A stretch of DNA of 64,000 bases. It comes from Bacteroidota bacterium. GTDB lineage: Bacteria; Bacteroidota; Bacteroidia; Chitinophagales; Saprospiraceae. The translations under genes were made by a program, and so were the position numbers. Shown here piece by piece: positions 19,275-27,962 of this stretch; position 1 is the first letter of the stretch; every line of letters begins with the position of its first letter. Below the pieces are notes generated by a model. The model was given only the letters and a program-made list of their open reading frames with translations, was not told where the DNA came from and did not search any database. The stretch covers positions 425 to 64,424 of the forward strand of contig JBEAPR010000067.1 in assembly GCA_041164265.1 (NCBI GenBank), in the 5' to 3' direction.

Positions 19275-19459
19275 AATTTAATTTTAGTTCTATACCTAAA
19301 AACAAAAATTACTTTTATGTTCATTATTTTTTGTAAAATTTATATTCACAAGCTATATATTCTATCATTAGAAAAATAATTTTAAATAGGTTGTCTGGTC
19401 TGAATTCAAGCATCTCTTCTGATTTAGTTTTATCTTTGAGCTAACATTTAAAGTAAACC

Positions 19460-19780
19460 ATGACTAGAAAAACTAGAATGACTCCTTTTGCTAGATTCTT
19501 TATATTCTTGCTTTTTGTAGCTCCACTTGCATACATAGGTGCTTCGTATTACCGAGGAGAAGATGGGATAGCAAAAATTAAATCTTTATTGGGAAAATTT
19601 AAAGAAGACCAACCTACCATTGAAGCTCAGAAACCTACTGAAGAAAATAATTTAGCTAACGCTAAAAGGTCTGAATTGGAAGTCAAAATAGATTCTGTGC
19701 TATTAAATCAAAAGTTGATTATAGATATTTTAAAATCTAATCAAGGAGATCGACTTAATTCTAAACCGGATTCACTTTAA
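19460..19780 (+). CDS. Hypothetical membrane-anchored protein
   Basis: One N-terminal TM helix (FARFFIFLLFVAPLAYIGASYY), then a charged, coil-like tail. No recognisable domain. Confidence 0.4.
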   Translation: MTRKTRMTPFARFFIFLLFVAPLAYIGASYYRGEDGIAKIKSLLGKFKEDQPTIEAQKPTEENNLANAKRSELEVKIDSVLLNQKLIIDILKSNQGDRLNSKPDSL

Positions 19781-19843
19781 AATTTTGTTAAAATATTATT
19801 GCTATCAAAAAACTTAGTACATTTCGGATGTCATTAAGTAAAT

Positions 19844-20152
19844 ATGGTTCGGTTTTTTAACGTATTTATTGCTTTAATTTCCTCGCTTACCTTATTTGGC
19901 GAGGCCTCATTCTATTCGGTTAGCCATTTAGATAAAAAGTTTTTCGCCGAAGACATTGAAATTGATTTTTCCGAACAGGGAAACACTGATGAGGATTCAT
20001 CTCTCCTTAAACTAGAAAAAGGTAATTTTCGATCTGCAGATGAATTTGTATGGAATACTCAAGAAGCCTTTTCGAAATCTGTCGCTAGCCTTTCTGTTAA
20101 GAGTAACAACAGCCTCTATTTACTCTATTGTAACCTCAAATTAGATTGTTAA
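19844..20152 (+). CDS. Hypothetical small secreted protein immediately upstream of dabA
   Basis: Signal-like N-terminus MVRFFNVFIALISSLTLFGEA. Acidic middle part. 43 nt upstream of dabA. Confidence 0.35.
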   Translation: MVRFFNVFIALISSLTLFGEASFYSVSHLDKKFFAEDIEIDFSEQGNTDEDSSLLKLEKGNFRSADEFVWNTQEAFSKSVASLSVKSNNSLYLLYCNLKLDC

Positions 20153-20195
20153 GGAAACTCACGATTTTTTTATCATTCCTTAACAAAATTTATTT

Positions 20196-22730
20196 ATGCA
20201 AATTCAGTCTTTTGACGAGAATAAGGTATTGGATGATTTACATCATTACTTGCCATCTCAGTTAAGTCTCAAGGATTTTGTCCACCATAATCCTCTACAT
20301 AATTTTCAACATCTTTCTTTTTTTGATGCCATCTTTAAGGCCTCCAAAAACTTTGGATGTCAGGTTACGCTTTCATTGGAAGAATATAGGTCTTTGTATC
20401 AAGATGGTAGGATTCGCGATGAAATTCTGTCTTTCATTATTGCAGATCAGTATGAGGAAACTCAGGTATCTAATTGGCGATATAATTTGTTACAAAAAGA
20501 TTATCCATATTCCTTTGAACCAAATATTGGAGGAATTAGGTCTTTTTGGAAAAAGGTTTATCAAATTGATTTAGATAATCATGTCCATCCCTTACTCTTC
20601 AGATACATAGGTTCTTTTTTGGATCAAGGGGTAGCTTTATGGCATTTTCCCTTTGAGGACAATGGTTTGATTCAGGCGATAAGAGATTTAGATAGAAGTA
20701 GCTTCCAAGGAGTATTCAAATCAAAAAGGACCCGTGAATTGCTCCATCAGAATCATTTAAGTATTAAGCATTTACTTGATTTAGTGGTTGGGGACCCTGA
20801 GGCCTATAGCAATTACTTATTGGATCAACAATTTGCCCATCGAGGTTGGAGTGGATTATTTGCTGCTACTGAATCTTCACCTGAGACTCTTTTTTACAGA
20901 AAGAAAAGCAGCCTCAAGGATTTAATCCTTTTTGAATTATTAATGGAATTGGATGTTCTTGATTCAAATTTAGATAAACAATGGAAGCCGTTGGGAAAAG
21001 CTATCCAACTCCCCAAAATCAAATATTTTGAAAATCATCATTTAACCGAACTAGAAACTGTACTTTCCATTTGGCAACGAGCTTTTGAATGGGATTATTA
21101 CGATGAGGTTTTGGCTGGGATTCAAACTGCTGCAAAAATACCCAGGAAATCCTCTCATAAAGTTAGTTTTCAATCGGTATTTTGTATCGATGATCGAGAA
21201 TGCTCTATTCGACGACATTTTGAAAAAGTTGATAAAAATTGTCAAACTTATGGAGCCCCGGGCTTTTTTGGAGCTGCTTTTTACTTCCAACCACAAGGTG
21301 GAAAGTTTTACGAAAAAAACTGTCCGGTTCCCGTAACCCCCAAACATCTTATAAAAGAATACGATGTAAAGGATAAACAAAAGCATGAATTGCTTCATCA
21401 TCCAAGGACTCACACCGTAATAAGTGGATTTTTTGCTTCTTTATCTATTGGGTTGTGGGCTGCTGTCCGGATGGTATACGATTTATTTTTTCCAAAAATG
21501 AGGCCAGATATTTCCAATGCATTTGCCCATATGAATCGTTATGGTCAATTGAAGATTGAAAATGATTCTTTAGATGACCTTGAAAATGGCCTTCAAGTAG
21601 GTTATACCATAGAGGAAATGGCAAATGTTGTAGAAGGTATTCTCCAAGGAATAGGACTTACAGAGGATTTTGCCCCTATAGTCTATATAATAGCTCATGG
21701 GAGTAGTAGTGCTAATAACCCTCACCATGGTGCCCATGATTGTGGGGCTTGTAGTGGTCGTCCGGGAGCAGTTAATGCAAGAGTATTTGCCTTTATGGCC
21801 AATCATTCAAAGGTCAGAAGTATATTAGAAGATAGAGGGATTTCCATTCCTTCTGTTACATGGTTTGTCGGAGCTATGCATGATACTGCTAGCGATGAAA
21901 TAGCCTATTATGATTTGAATGATTTGAACGAGAACTCTTTGAGGCATCATCTAGAAAATGTGCCTAGTATAGAGTTAGCTTTGGACTTTAATGCCAAGGA
22001 ACGATCTAGAAGATTTGCTTCCATAAATACCAATTCGGACTTAAAGCGGATAAGGAAGGCCATAAAAAATCGCTCAGTATCATACTTTGAACCTAGACCG
22101 GAATTAGGACATGGAACGAACTCCATTTGTCTAGTAGGTAATCGGGAGACTACTAAATCTTTAGTTTTAGATAGGAGGGCTTTTTTACAATCCTATGATC
22201 CATTTTCTGATCCAAAAGGAATCATTCTTGCTAAAATTTTAGGTCCATTACCAGTGGTATGCGGTGGGATCAACCTAGAATACTATTTCTCTAGAATGGA
22301 TGTGGAAAGAATGGGAGCTGGAACGAAATTGCCCCACCATGTCATGGGATTGGTTGGCGTTTCCAATAGTAGCGATGGAGATTTAAGACCTGGTCTTCCT
22401 CTTCAAATGATAGAGAATCACGATCCCGTTCGCCTGGTCATGATTATAGAACAATCGCCATTAATCGTGGAAAATATACTTAATAGTACCCCCTCCATGA
22501 AAGAATGGTTTAGTAACGAATGGATATTCTTATTCGCCCTTAATCCTTCAGATCATTCACTGCACAGATATAAGGGTAACCAATTTTATCCCTATCAAAC
22601 GCTTAAAAAAATTGAGGCGCAAAAGGGAGATTTCATCAAACAGGTTGAGAGAAAGGATAGTATGAAAACAAATCATATTCTCGATGCAACCAAAGAAAAT
22701 TTACCCGTATATGTTTATGAACATGAATAA
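20196..22730 (+). CDS. dabA: DUF2309-family protein, DabA-type subunit of an energy-coupled CO2-hydrating inorganic carbon pump
   Basis: Size (844 aa). N-terminal FVHHNPLH block. FCIDDRECS (Cys330/Asp332). IAHGSSSANNPHHGAHDCGAC (His501...Cys516). INLEYYFS near the C-terminus. Overlaps the start of a NuoL-like gene. Confidence 0.85.
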   Translation: MQIQSFDENKVLDDLHHYLPSQLSLKDFVHHNPLHNFQHLSFFDAIFKASKNFGCQVTLSLEEYRSLYQDGRIRDEILSFIIADQYEETQVSNWRYNLLQKDYPYSFEPNIGGIRSFWKKVYQIDLDNHVHPLLFRYIGSFLDQGVALWHFPFEDNGLIQAIRDLDRSSFQGVFKSKRTRELLHQNHLSIKHLLDLVVGDPEAYSNYLLDQQFAHRGWSGLFAATESSPETLFYRKKSSLKDLILFELLMELDVLDSNLDKQWKPLGKAIQLPKIKYFENHHLTELETVLSIWQRAFEWDYYDEVLAGIQTAAKIPRKSSHKVSFQSVFCIDDRECSIRRHFEKVDKNCQTYGAPGFFGAAFYFQPQGGKFYEKNCPVPVTPKHLIKEYDVKDKQKHELLHHPRTHTVISGFFASLSIGLWAAVRMVYDLFFPKMRPDISNAFAHMNRYGQLKIENDSLDDLENGLQVGYTIEEMANVVEGILQGIGLTEDFAPIVYIIAHGSSSANNPHHGAHDCGACSGRPGAVNARVFAFMANHSKVRSILEDRGISIPSVTWFVGAMHDTASDEIAYYDLNDLNENSLRHHLENVPSIELALDFNAKERSRRFASINTNSDLKRIRKAIKNRSVSYFEPRPELGHGTNSICLVGNRETTKSLVLDRRAFLQSYDPFSDPKGIILAKILGPLPVVCGGINLEYYFSRMDVERMGAGTKLPHHVMGLVGVSNSSDGDLRPGLPLQMIENHDPVRLVMIIEQSPLIVENILNSTPSMKEWFSNEWIFLFALNPSDHSLHRYKGNQFYPYQTLKKIEAQKGDFIKQVERKDSMKTNHILDATKENLPVYVYEHE

Positions 22731-24591
22731 TTTAATTCCGCTTTTACCGCTATTACCCCTAACTGCACTGCTGATAGGTTTTTTATTTCACAACACCCGA
22801 GAAAAAGAAATTTATCGGGCTAATCTTGCTGGTATTGGATTTAACTTGATAATAATAATAATTCTATTTATTCAATGGATTTTTCAAGATAAGGTCCCTC
22901 TTTCGCATAAAGGAATACTTCTTTACCAAACTAGTTTGGATGCTATTGATATGTCTTTTTATATAGATGGCTATGGATTCGTTTTCCTATTTAGTGCAAC
23001 TATTTTAACATTACTTATTGTAGTTTTTAGCAAAACCTATTTGCACCGAGAACCAGGATATAAGCGTTTTTTCAATAATTTAAAGGCATTTTATGCTGGA
23101 CTAATCACCATTATTATAGCCGCCAATTTTGAAACCTTATTTATTGGATGGGAAATTCTTGGCATAACATCCTTTTTCTTAATCGGGTTTTACCGGGACC
23201 GGTATATTCCAGTTAAAAATGCACTTAAGGTAGTCTCCTTATATAGAATTGCAGATGTCTCTCTATTATTAGTCATGTGGGAGGCTCATCACCTATTTCA
23301 AGGAAGTATTCGCTTCGAAGAACTTTCTTCTGCATTAGCTGGAATGGATACTAATATTGAATTTAATAGTGGATTATTGCTTATTTCAATCTTAGTAATT
23401 TTGGCCGCTGTAGTTAAATCAGCTCAATTTCCATTTTCTAGTTGGTTGCCCAGAGCAATGGAAGGTCCAACCTCATCAAGTGCTATTTTTTATGGGGCAC
23501 TTTCTGTACATATTGGCTTGCTATTGTTAATTAGGACTGGCCCCATTTGGGAGGGTATACCTTCGGTAAAAGCCCTCATTATGGGAATCGGTTTAGTAAC
23601 GGTATTCTCAGCCACCTTGGTAGCTCGAATTCAACCCTCGATCAAAACCCAAATTGCCTATTCCACCATTGCTCAAATTGGACTGATGTTTGTGGAAATT
23701 TCCCTAGGTTGGTATCAACTTGCCATGTTTCATTTTGTCGGTAATGCCTTTTTGAGAAGCTATCAGTTATTGGTGAGTCCTTCAGTATTGAGTTATAAAA
23801 TTCACGATCAGTTTTTCAATTTTATACGACCGCAACCCCAAAAGAAAGAGGGATTTTTTAATCGACTTAAATTATCTCTTTACCTATTGGGAATACATGA
23901 ATTTTATTTTGATGAAAATCAATACAAATGGTTGTGGAGGCCATTAAAGAAAGTTGGAACAGCTCTTAATTTCATTGCTGCTAAGCAGATGATAAGCCTA
24001 GGTCTTCTATTGTTTTTTTTAGGCTTGGTAGGGGTTTATTCGCAACCCTACTTACCTGCTGGATTTCGATATGGGCTCCCCTATATATTTGCTATCCTCG
24101 CTCTTATGGTTTTACTAAAAGCATTCACCCTAAGAGGAAAAGTAATAGAAATTTGGGGATTGGTGATTCTCAATCAACTATTCCTCACTTTGAGTATTGG
24201 ATATAATGAATCTTTTGATTACAGTCAAATTCATCTTTATCTAAGTGGAATTCTCTTGAGTTTTATGATCGGATTGTATGTCTTTAGGAATTTAAAAAAA
24301 GCAGGATTAGCCACCGATCTTTCTACTTACCAGGGAAATGTATATGTAAAGCCAACCCTCGCATTTGTTTTCGCCCTGGCTTGTTTGGGAATGATTGGCT
24401 TTCCTATCACCCCAACATTTTTGGGAGAAGAACTCATTTTGGGACATATTCATTCTGGACAATACCTTTTAATGACGCTTATTATGGGTTCCCTTTTAAT
24501 AGTTGGATTGGTAATTTTTAGAACATATTCTCGACTTTTTTTAGGCATCCACATGAAAGGAATGCACATTCGTTCTTATCGCTCTGCTTAA
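22723..24591 (+). CDS. dabB: NuoL/MrpA-like proton-conducting membrane subunit, DabB-type partner of DabA
   Basis: About 13 predicted TM helices. NuoL-type blocks FIGWEILGITSFFLIGF, AAVVKSAQFPFSSWLPRAMEGPTSSSAIFYGALSVHIG and AYSTIAQIGLMF. The start is ambiguous (ATGs at 22711/22717/22723; the ORF is open from 22684). 22723 gives MNNLIPLLPLL and an ATGAATAA overlap with the dabA stop. Confidence 0.85.
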   Translation: MNNLIPLLPLLPLTALLIGFLFHNTREKEIYRANLAGIGFNLIIIIILFIQWIFQDKVPLSHKGILLYQTSLDAIDMSFYIDGYGFVFLFSATILTLLIVVFSKTYLHREPGYKRFFNNLKAFYAGLITIIIAANFETLFIGWEILGITSFFLIGFYRDRYIPVKNALKVVSLYRIADVSLLLVMWEAHHLFQGSIRFEELSSALAGMDTNIEFNSGLLLISILVILAAVVKSAQFPFSSWLPRAMEGPTSSSAIFYGALSVHIGLLLLIRTGPIWEGIPSVKALIMGIGLVTVFSATLVARIQPSIKTQIAYSTIAQIGLMFVEISLGWYQLAMFHFVGNAFLRSYQLLVSPSVLSYKIHDQFFNFIRPQPQKKEGFFNRLKLSLYLLGIHEFYFDENQYKWLWRPLKKVGTALNFIAAKQMISLGLLLFFLGLVGVYSQPYLPAGFRYGLPYIFAILALMVLLKAFTLRGKVIEIWGLVILNQLFLTLSIGYNESFDYSQIHLYLSGILLSFMIGLYVFRNLKKAGLATDLSTYQGNVYVKPTLAFVFALACLGMIGFPITPTFLGEELILGHIHSGQYLLMTLIMGSLLIVGLVIFRTYSRLFLGIHMKGMHIRSYRSA

Positions 24592-24622
24592 TTATTTAAA
24601 AAAAAATATAAAAAATATAGAA

Positions 24623-26209
24623 ATGAAAAATGAAGTATCTATGCCTGTAGAAGGCCTTAAAGGAATTAAAGCTCATTTTAAATCCGATTTTTTATCTGGT
24701 TTTTTGGTTTTTTTATTGGCACTCCCTTTGAGTTTGGGTATTGCAAAAGCTAGTGGATTTCCGGCTTCAATGGGTGTGCTAACTGCCATGATTGGAGGGT
24801 TAGTTTCGTTTATGAAAGTATCTCCATTGACCATTAAGGGCCCAGCTGCAGGGTTAATTACAATTTGTTCGGGTGCCATTGTAGCGATGGGAGGAAGCGG
24901 ATTTGAAAATGGTTTTATGGGATGGCATTTGGCTTGTGGAATAATTGTTTTCGTTGGACTTATTCAAATCGTTTTGGCTTACCTCAAACTAGGAAGCTAC
25001 AGTGAGTTCTTTCCAACCTCAGCAGTTCACGGAATGTTGGCCGCAATAGGTTTGATTATTATCGCCAAACAAGTACCCGTTTTATTGGGTGATGCACCCG
25101 AATTGAGCAAAGGCCTTTCTCCTATAGAACTATATACTCATATACCAGAATTTGTCATTAATGAAAATTTAACTATAGCCATTATAGGTGTGATTTGCCT
25201 TGTTCTAATGTTTGTTAAACCCTTGATTAAAGCATTAGATAAAATTCCAGCTCCAATGGTAGTTTTGATTTTTGTCATTCCTACTTCCTTAATCCTCAAC
25301 CTTAAAGCAACTCAGCCTGAATATATATTGGTTCATATTGGTAATTTTTGGAAAGATGTAACCATCAATGCAGACTTCTCTCAAATTTCAACCCTTTCAT
25401 TTTGGAAATATGTACTTATTTTCTTGTTTGTAAATTCCCTAGAATCGCTGTTAACGGTAAAAGCCATAGATGGTATAGATCCATTCAAAAGAAAATCTGA
25501 CTTTAATGGTGATTTAAAAGCGGTAGGAGTCGGTAATAGTTTGGCAGGTTTATTAGGTGGATTACCCATGATTTCTGAAGTATTGAGAAGTTCAGTCAAC
25601 TCGAATAATGGAGCAAAAACAAAATGGGCTAACTTTTGGCATGGAGTATTTTTGTTAATTGCCATGGTTTTCCTTATCCCCGTAATAGAATTAATTCCTA
25701 ACGCGGCCTTGGCTTCTATGCTTATTTATGCAGGATATAAACTTGCAGCACCAAGTACTTTTAGTCATGCTTATAAGGTGGGATATGACCAATTTGTTGT
25801 ATTTATTCTTACTGTTTTGGTTACCCTTTTGGAAGATCTCTTATTGGGTATAGCGGTAGGTATTATCACTAATATGATATTCCAACTTTACTACCAAACC
25901 AGTTTCCGAAATTTTTTCAAATTCATCGGCCTCATTGAGGAAAATAGTGAAAGTGCTAAGATTATTGTGGATGGATCTGCCACATTTAGTAATTGGATAG
26001 GAATGAAGAAATTAATGGAAAAAGTGGCAGATAAAACCTCTTTAATAATTGATTTTTCTTCAGCAAAATATGTGGATCATAACGTTCTAGAGAATTTACA
26101 TACTATTGAACACCTTTATGAACTAAATGACAAAAAGTTATTGATAGAGGGATTGAATCAATTTCAATCTATTTCTAACCACGAACTTTCAGGCAAATAC
26201 AGAAAATAA
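24623..26209 (+). CDS. SulP-family inorganic anion (sulfate/bicarbonate-type) transporter with C-terminal STAS domain
   Basis: SulP N-terminal block DFLSGFLVFLLALPLSLGIAKASG. Polytopic core. C-terminal soluble STAS-like ~100 aa. Confidence 0.85.
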   Translation: MKNEVSMPVEGLKGIKAHFKSDFLSGFLVFLLALPLSLGIAKASGFPASMGVLTAMIGGLVSFMKVSPLTIKGPAAGLITICSGAIVAMGGSGFENGFMGWHLACGIIVFVGLIQIVLAYLKLGSYSEFFPTSAVHGMLAAIGLIIIAKQVPVLLGDAPELSKGLSPIELYTHIPEFVINENLTIAIIGVICLVLMFVKPLIKALDKIPAPMVVLIFVIPTSLILNLKATQPEYILVHIGNFWKDVTINADFSQISTLSFWKYVLIFLFVNSLESLLTVKAIDGIDPFKRKSDFNGDLKAVGVGNSLAGLLGGLPMISEVLRSSVNSNNGAKTKWANFWHGVFLLIAMVFLIPVIELIPNAALASMLIYAGYKLAAPSTFSHAYKVGYDQFVVFILTVLVTLLEDLLLGIAVGIITNMIFQLYYQTSFRNFFKFIGLIEENSESAKIIVDGSATFSNWIGMKKLMEKVADKTSLIIDFSSAKYVDHNVLENLHTIEHLYELNDKKLLIEGLNQFQSISNHELSGKYRK

Positions 26210-26892
26210 TGAAAATCCGCATTTTTTCAATCATATTTTTATTCACTGGGATGAGCATCTATTGTTCAGGTCAAGATTTGGATGATGAATATATATTTGA
26301 CCAGACAAATACTTGGTTTTTTTTACTTAACAAGGTGAAAATTACCAATAAGTTGAGTCTTGAAAATGAACTCCACGAAAGAACAGGGGCTTTCCTTTCC
26401 CAACAGGGTACTTTTCTTTGGAGACCTTCTTTAGGTTATCATTTTCATTCCAAATCAAGCTTATCAGTGGGATATTCCTTATTGATTAATGAACCTAACG
26501 ATCCTAATCCTAAACCCCTTTTTCATACCATTGAAAATAATGTTTGGGAACAATTTCAACGGTTAGGTAAATGGAACCTGTCTCATAGATTAAGGCAGGA
26601 GCACCGTTGGTCCAATGGATTTAACAATCGATTTAGATACAGAATAACATGGACTCATTCTATTGGAGCAGGTCCGATTTTCATCAATTTATTTAATGAA
26701 TTTTGGATCAACCAAAAAGTAAACCTAATTCCAGAAAAATGGTCACGTAACTGGACCTATCTGGGATTAGGTTATCAACTTTTTGGGTCAAGTAATCTCC
26801 AATTGGGCTATATGAACCAACTCGATTTTATATCGGAAGACCTAAAAGTTATAACTCCTATCGTTCAAACAACTATGGTTTATAATTTTTAA
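26209..26892 (+). CDS. DUF2490-like outer-membrane beta-barrel protein
   Basis: Signal peptide. Alternating amphipathic strands. HRLRQEHRW block. C-terminal aromatic MVYNF. Start overlaps the SulP stop (TAATG). Confidence 0.55.
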   Translation: MKIRIFSIIFLFTGMSIYCSGQDLDDEYIFDQTNTWFFLLNKVKITNKLSLENELHERTGAFLSQQGTFLWRPSLGYHFHSKSSLSVGYSLLINEPNDPNPKPLFHTIENNVWEQFQRLGKWNLSHRLRQEHRWSNGFNNRFRYRITWTHSIGAGPIFINLFNEFWINQKVNLIPEKWSRNWTYLGLGYQLFGSSNLQLGYMNQLDFISEDLKVITPIVQTTMVYNF

Positions 26893-26916
26893 GGGGTCTT
26901 CCGCCCCCCCTATTTT

Positions 26917-27549
26917 TTATTTATAGGAATATATTTCAGATACTTGTTCTGTACTATTAACCGTAATGCCTAAATCTTTGATTAGACCAGTGTGGAGGTC
27001 ATAAACCCAACCATGGATATAAGGAAATTGACCATCTTCCCAGCTATCCTGCACAAAAGGGATGGTAGCCATATGTTTGACTTGTTCCTCTACATTGAGC
27101 TCTACTAATCTTTTGAATTTATCTCCTTCACTTGAAATCTTAGAAAGTTCAGCTTCATTCATCCTGTAGACATCCTTAATGTGTCCGAGCCAACTGTCAA
27201 TGTATCCAAACTTATTATGAGACATGGCAGCTTGAACCCCTCCACAACCATAATGTCCGCAGATAATTACATGCTTGACTTTTAAAACCCTGATGGCGTA
27301 ATATGCTACACTGAGCAAGTTGGCGTCGGTTCTAACTACAACATTAGCTATGTTTCTATGAACAAATAACCGACCGGGGTCTGAATCTGTTACTTTAGAT
27401 TCTGGTACCCGACTATCGGAACAGCCAATCCATAAAAATTCTGGTTGCTGGCCTTTAGCAGATTCCTTAAAATAATCCGGATCTTCTTTTAAATAAGTTG
27501 CTGCAAAGTGTTGGTTTCCATTCAATAAATCCTCAATTGTCTTTGCCAT
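26917..27549 (-). CDS. can: Beta-class carbonic anhydrase (cytoplasmic)
   Basis: Zinc-ligand blocks IGCSDSRVPE and ICGHYGCGGV. No signal peptide (MAKTIEDLLNGNQ). Confidence 0.9.
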   Translation of the reverse strand: MAKTIEDLLNGNQHFAATYLKEDPDYFKESAKGQQPEFLWIGCSDSRVPESKVTDSDPGRLFVHRNIANVVVRTDANLLSVAYYAIRVLKVKHVIICGHYGCGGVQAAMSHNKFGYIDSWLGHIKDVYRMNEAELSKISSEGDKFKRLVELNVEEQVKHMATIPFVQDSWEDGQFPYIHGWVYDLHTGLIKDLGITVNSTEQVSEIYSYK

Positions 27550-27849
27550 GTGAATTACTTTTAAGTTTAGTTATAATACTATGCAATATAATAGTAAAAC
27601 TATAATTATTCCTAATCCTTATTTTAATGTTTGAAAAAATATTACTTCAATAGATTAATTAAACTGCCTTATTTCATGATTTTTGATCTTTCAATAGAGT
27701 GATGTTTCAATTCTTGCGAAAAAGAGTTATGAATCAAATTTTATATGATCTAGTCAATCCAAAATGAGGAGAACCTTGATGAAGGAATTATGGTTGAGAA
27801 AACAAAATGGTTCTCTATCGGCGAGAAAGGGTAAAAGGAATATTTAGGA

Positions 27850-27899
27850 TTAAAACAAAGAAGCTATATTAGGCGTAGAAATGGCCTCAAATATAGCTT
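27850..27899 (-). terminator. Rho-independent terminator downstream of erpA
   Basis: AAGCTATATT(TG)AGGC / GCCT-AATATAGCTT, a 14-bp hairpin with a 2-nt bulge. On the minus strand it is followed by CTTTGTTTTAAT. Confidence 0.65.
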
Positions 27900-27962
27900 A
27901 AGGATAAGATAATATAGGGTAGGGGATTAAGGTGTATGGTTGGTTGATCTTGCAAAGAGGTC

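Noticed and set aside
26893-26918. GC-rich patch GGGGTCTTCCGCCCCCCC followed by TATTTTTT between the convergent DUF2490 and CA genes, considered as a terminator.
   Set aside because: Only about 4 G-C pairs can form, so this is not a convincing stem. I left it unannotated.
27764-27847. 27-codon, very basic ORF (MRRTLMKELWLRKQNGSLSARKGKRNI) in the long spacer upstream of the CA gene.
   Set aside because: It is too short to support from sequence alone and lies on the opposite strand to both neighbours. It overlaps the hairpin, which I report as RNA structure instead.
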